Of a stretch of 64,000 nucleotides of DNA, positions 60,110 to 64,000 are shown piece after piece (within the stretch, counting starts at the first letter, position 1; every line of letters starts with the position of its first letter). Position numbers and translations under genes: made by a program. Under the pieces are notes generated by a model. It was not told where the DNA came from, made no database searches, and worked only from the letters and a program-made list of their open reading frames with translations. Source of the DNA: Haliotis cracherodii (taxonomy: Eukaryota); contig NW_027266280.1 in NCBI RefSeq assembly GCF_022045235.1, positions 372,001-436,000 of the forward strand, read 5' to 3'.

Positions 60110-61290
60110 GGCTGGGCAACACCAGGGACGGGTTGTGCAACACCAGGGGTGGGTTGGGCAACCACAGGGACGGGCTGGGCAACACCAGGGACGGGCTGGG
60201 CAACACCAGGGACGGGCTGGGCAACACCAGGGACGGGCTGGGAAACACCAGGGACGGGCTGGGCAACACCAGGGACGGGCTGGGCAACACCAGGGACGAG
60301 TTTGGGTTACATGTCAGGGTTACAGATGACACCGTTGTACATTTCAGGGTTACAGATGACACCGTTGTACATGTCAGGGTTACAGATGACACCGTTGTAC
60401 ATTTCAGGGTTACAGATGACACCGTTGTACATGTCAGGGTTACAGATGACACCGTTGTACATTTCAGGGTTACAGATGACCTCGTTGTACATGTCAGGGT
60501 TACAGATGACCTCGTTGTACATGTCAGGGTTACAGATGACCTCGTTGTACATGTCAGGGTTACAGATGACACCGTTGTACATTTCAGGGTTACAGATGAC
60601 CTCGTTGTACATGTCAGGGTTACAGATGACCTCGTTGTACATGTCAGGGTTACAGATGACCTCGTTGTACATGTCAGGGTTACAGATGACACCGTTGTAC
60701 ATGTCAGGGTTACAGATGACACCGTTGTACATGTCAGGGTTACAGATGACACCGTTGTACATGTCAGGGTTACAGATGACCTCGTTGTACATGTCAGGGT
60801 TACAGATGACACCGTTGTACATGTCAGGGTTACAGATGACACCGTTGTACATGTCAGGGTTACAGATGACACCGTTGTACATTTCAGGGTTACAGATGAC
60901 CTCGTTGTACATGTCAGGGTTACAGATGACACCGTTGTACATGTCAGGGTTACAGATGACCTAGTTGTACATGTCAGGGTTACAGATGACACCGTTGTAC
61001 ATGTCAGGGTTACAGATGACCTAGTTGTACATTTCAGGGTTACAGATGACACCGTTGTACATGTCAGGGTTACAGATGACACCGTTGTACATGTCAGGGT
61101 TACAGATGACACCGTTGTACATGTCAGGGTTACAGATGACCTAGTTGTACATTTCAGGGTTACAGATGACACCGTTGTACATGTCAGGGTTACAGATGAC
61201 ACCGTTGTACATGTCAGGGTTACAGATGACACTGTTGTACATGTCAGGGTTACAGATGACACTGTTGTACGTGTTAGTGTTACAGATGAC
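60110..61290. repeat. 21-bp x9 array followed by a 30-bp x~33 array
   Basis: gggctgggcaacaccagggac; gttgtacatgtcagggttacagatgacacc. Confidence 0.97.
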
Positions 61291-61544
61291 GTAGTCGGTG
61301 CCCTGTGCCTGTCAGAATCAGATGGGTTGGAGTTGGAGCTTGAATCCCAGGATTTGCCTTGATTATGTTTCTAGATTTTACCAATTTCATAAACTGCAAA
61401 GACCTTCATCACTTGGAACGTGAGACTGGCACGCTGATATGACTGACATACTTATCAGGAACCCAGTCAGTACATTGGACATGTTGGAAACAAGCTTGTA
61501 TTGCTTTCCTGCTATACTGACCAAAACAGTGACATGTAAAAAAT

Positions 61545-62502
61545 CAATGGTGTAATTGTAACACTGACTTGTACAAGGTACAATGGTGTAATTGTAACAC
61601 TGACTGGTACAAGGTACAATGGTGTAATTGTAACACTGGCATGTACAAGGTACAATGGTGTAATTGTAACACTGACTGGTACACGGTACAATGGTGTAAT
61701 TGTAACACTGACTTGTACAAGGTACAATGGTGTAATTGTAACACTGACTTGTACAAGGTACAATGGTGTAATTGTAACACTGACTTGTACAATGGTGTAA
61801 TTGTAACACTGGCATGTACAAGGTACAATGGTGTAATTGTAACACTGACTGGTACACGGTACAATGGTGTAATTGTAACACTGACTTGTACAAGGTACAA
61901 TGGTGTAATTGTAACACTGACTTGTACAAGGTACAATGGTGTAATTGTAACACTGACTGGTACACGGTACAATGGTGTAATTGTAACACTGACTGGTACA
62001 CGGTACAATGGTGTAATTGTAACACTGACTTGTACAAGGTACAATGGTGTAATTGTAACACTGACTTGTACAAGGTACAATGGTGTAATTGTAACACTGA
62101 CTTGTACAAGGTACAATGGTGTAATTGTAACACTGACTGGTACAAGGTACAATGGTGTAATTGTAACACTGACTGGTACAAGGTACAATGGTGTAATTGT
62201 AACACTGACTGGTACAAGGTACAATGGTGTAATTGTAACACTGACTGGTACAAGGTACAATGGTGTAATTGTAACACTGGCATGTACAAGGTACAATGGT
62301 GTAATTGTAACACTGACTGGTACACGGTACAATGGTGTAATTGTAACACTGACTTGTACAAGGTACAATGGTGTAATTGTAACACTGACTGGTACACGGT
62401 ACAATGGCGTAACACTGACTGGTACAAGGTACAATGGTGTAACACTGACTGGTACACGGTACAATGGTGTAACACTAACTGGTACAAGGTACAATGGTGT
62501 AC
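61545..62502. repeat. 36-bp minisatellite x~26
   Basis: gtacaatggtgtaattgtaacactgactggtacaag. Confidence 0.97.
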
Positions 62503-63265
62503 AGTGGCTAGATCATCCCTCCATGTTTCCTTCAGTTGTAAACCGTAATGTAGCTGAAAGAAATGAAAGAGAAGCACAGTATGTCAGCACATTCCTTGAA
62601 GTATCTCTGTTTATTTGTGCCGGCAGATCCGGTCTTCAGTTAATATTAAAACAAAACACGAGAAGCAACTCCTGTTTCCGTGGAAACTCACAGCACAATA
62701 CTGGACTCTCTTCAACAACACTTTTCTTACCATGGTTACTGTAAAGTAGTTTGACACCAATATGTAATTGAGCAATATCATTAATCCTATCTGTTACATA
62801 CATATACACATCTCAAGGCTGAACCTGTCAACAGTTATTACAACAACGTGGTTCTCAGACAGTAACTCTCAAACATGTCTGCCTGGTGCCGTCGTCTATC
62901 GGCCACTATCAATTCATGTAGAGTCAGTTCGACTGCAGTAATCATGGTAAAGACTACATTCAGTTAATCCCACCCCTTATTTGATAATGGACTTGTCCAA
63001 ACACCATAATACTGGAGAACAACTTGGTGCATAACTTTGTTTTGATAACACTGTGGACCCAATGAACTGTAGACGAAAGTGGGCGCCTCTGTCCGCCATG
63101 TTCAGGTGTGAGACAATGTGGTTCTACCTGCATATCGGGGGACATACTCACAAAGATTCTTTACAAAACTTATAAAACTGAAATGAGACAAATTAAAAGA
63201 CTGAAATTTGAAAAAAATAATAATCAAATTTGACAAATATTTTAGGGTCAGATTGAATTAAATGT

Positions 63266-63787
63266 TAGATCTTTCCAGGAGATATAAATGGTAGGTCTTT
63301 CCAGGAGATATAAGTGGTAGATCTTTCCAGGAGATATAAGTGGTAGGTCTTTCCAGGAGATATAAGTGGTAGATCTTTCCAGGAGATATAAGTGGTAGGT
63401 CTTTCCAGGAGATATAAGTGGTAGGTCTTTCCAGGAGATATAAGTGGTAGGTCTTTCCAGGAGATATAAGTGGTAGATCTTTCCAGGAGATATAAGTGGT
63501 AGGTCTTTCCAGGAGATATAAGTGGTAGATCTTTCCAGGAGATATAAGTGGTAGGCCTTTCCAGGAGATATAAGTGGTAGATCTTTCCAGGAGATATAAG
63601 TGGTAGGTCTTTCCAGGAGATATAAGTGGTAGGTCTTTCCAGGAGATATAAGTGGTAGGTCTTTCCAGGAGATATAAGTGGTAGGTCTTTCCAGGAGATA
63701 TAAGTGGTAGATCTTTCCAGGAGATATAAGTGGTAGGTCTTTCCAGGAGATATAAGTGGTAGGTCTTTCCAGGAGATATAAGTGGTA
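63266..63787. repeat. 26-bp minisatellite x~20
   Basis: gtaggtctttccaggagatataagtg. Confidence 0.97.
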
Positions 63788-64000
63788 TAATTCAGTTTTA
63801 AGAATTGACCTGAATGTGTTTCATTGGTGGAGGTATAACTGGAAACAAGGGCGTGCTCACTGTGGACATACATTTTAAACCAACCAATTACATGTACAAG
63901 TAAATTGATATACAAATATTTTCTGCATATATACTGAGGAACAACACTAAAATCTGATTTGAATAAAATGTCATCATATATCAACTTCCCCTCCCCCCCA

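Noticed and set aside
9718-63787. CRISPR-like appearance of regular short repeats
   Set aside because: Units are head-to-tail without unique spacers, there are no cas genes, and the context is eukaryotic.
63266-63787. Each 26-bp unit looks like acceptor + 12-nt exon + donor (ctttccag|gagatataagtg|gtaggt)
   Set aside because: The implied introns would be 14 nt, and there is no evidence of a + strand host gene here.

Overview
Eukaryotic, intron-rich, repeat-dense animal DNA. It is probably a mollusc such as an abalone-type gastropod, which is an inference from the SINE and Helentron content. Two convergent spliced genes can be reconstructed by hand. (1) On the + strand is the 3' half of the SR-related splicing factor Srrm234 (SRRM2/3/4 family), with two alternative last exons. 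Only the distal one (12055-12244) completes the eMIC 'enhancer of microexons' motif SPSHLDKRRITS|ARKRPVPYYRPSP. (2) On the - strand is an apparently complete 12-exon calpain (57882->30294, 557 aa). It has an intact Cys/His/Asn triad, an N-terminal MGCxxS acylation motif, a C2-like domain III and apparently no penta-EF-hand domain. The introns hold a degenerate DIRS-type tyrosine-recombinase retroelement (ITRs and ICR visible), an internally deleted TTAA-flanked Kolobok-like DNA transposon, an inverted pair of MITEs, and Helentron-type elements, one carrying a 164/328-bp array. Two SINE-like families and over 25 mini/microsatellite arrays occur across introns, UTRs and flanks, and a Tc1 remnant lies upstream of the calpain. 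Almost all long ORFs in the supplied track are tandem-repeat artefacts.
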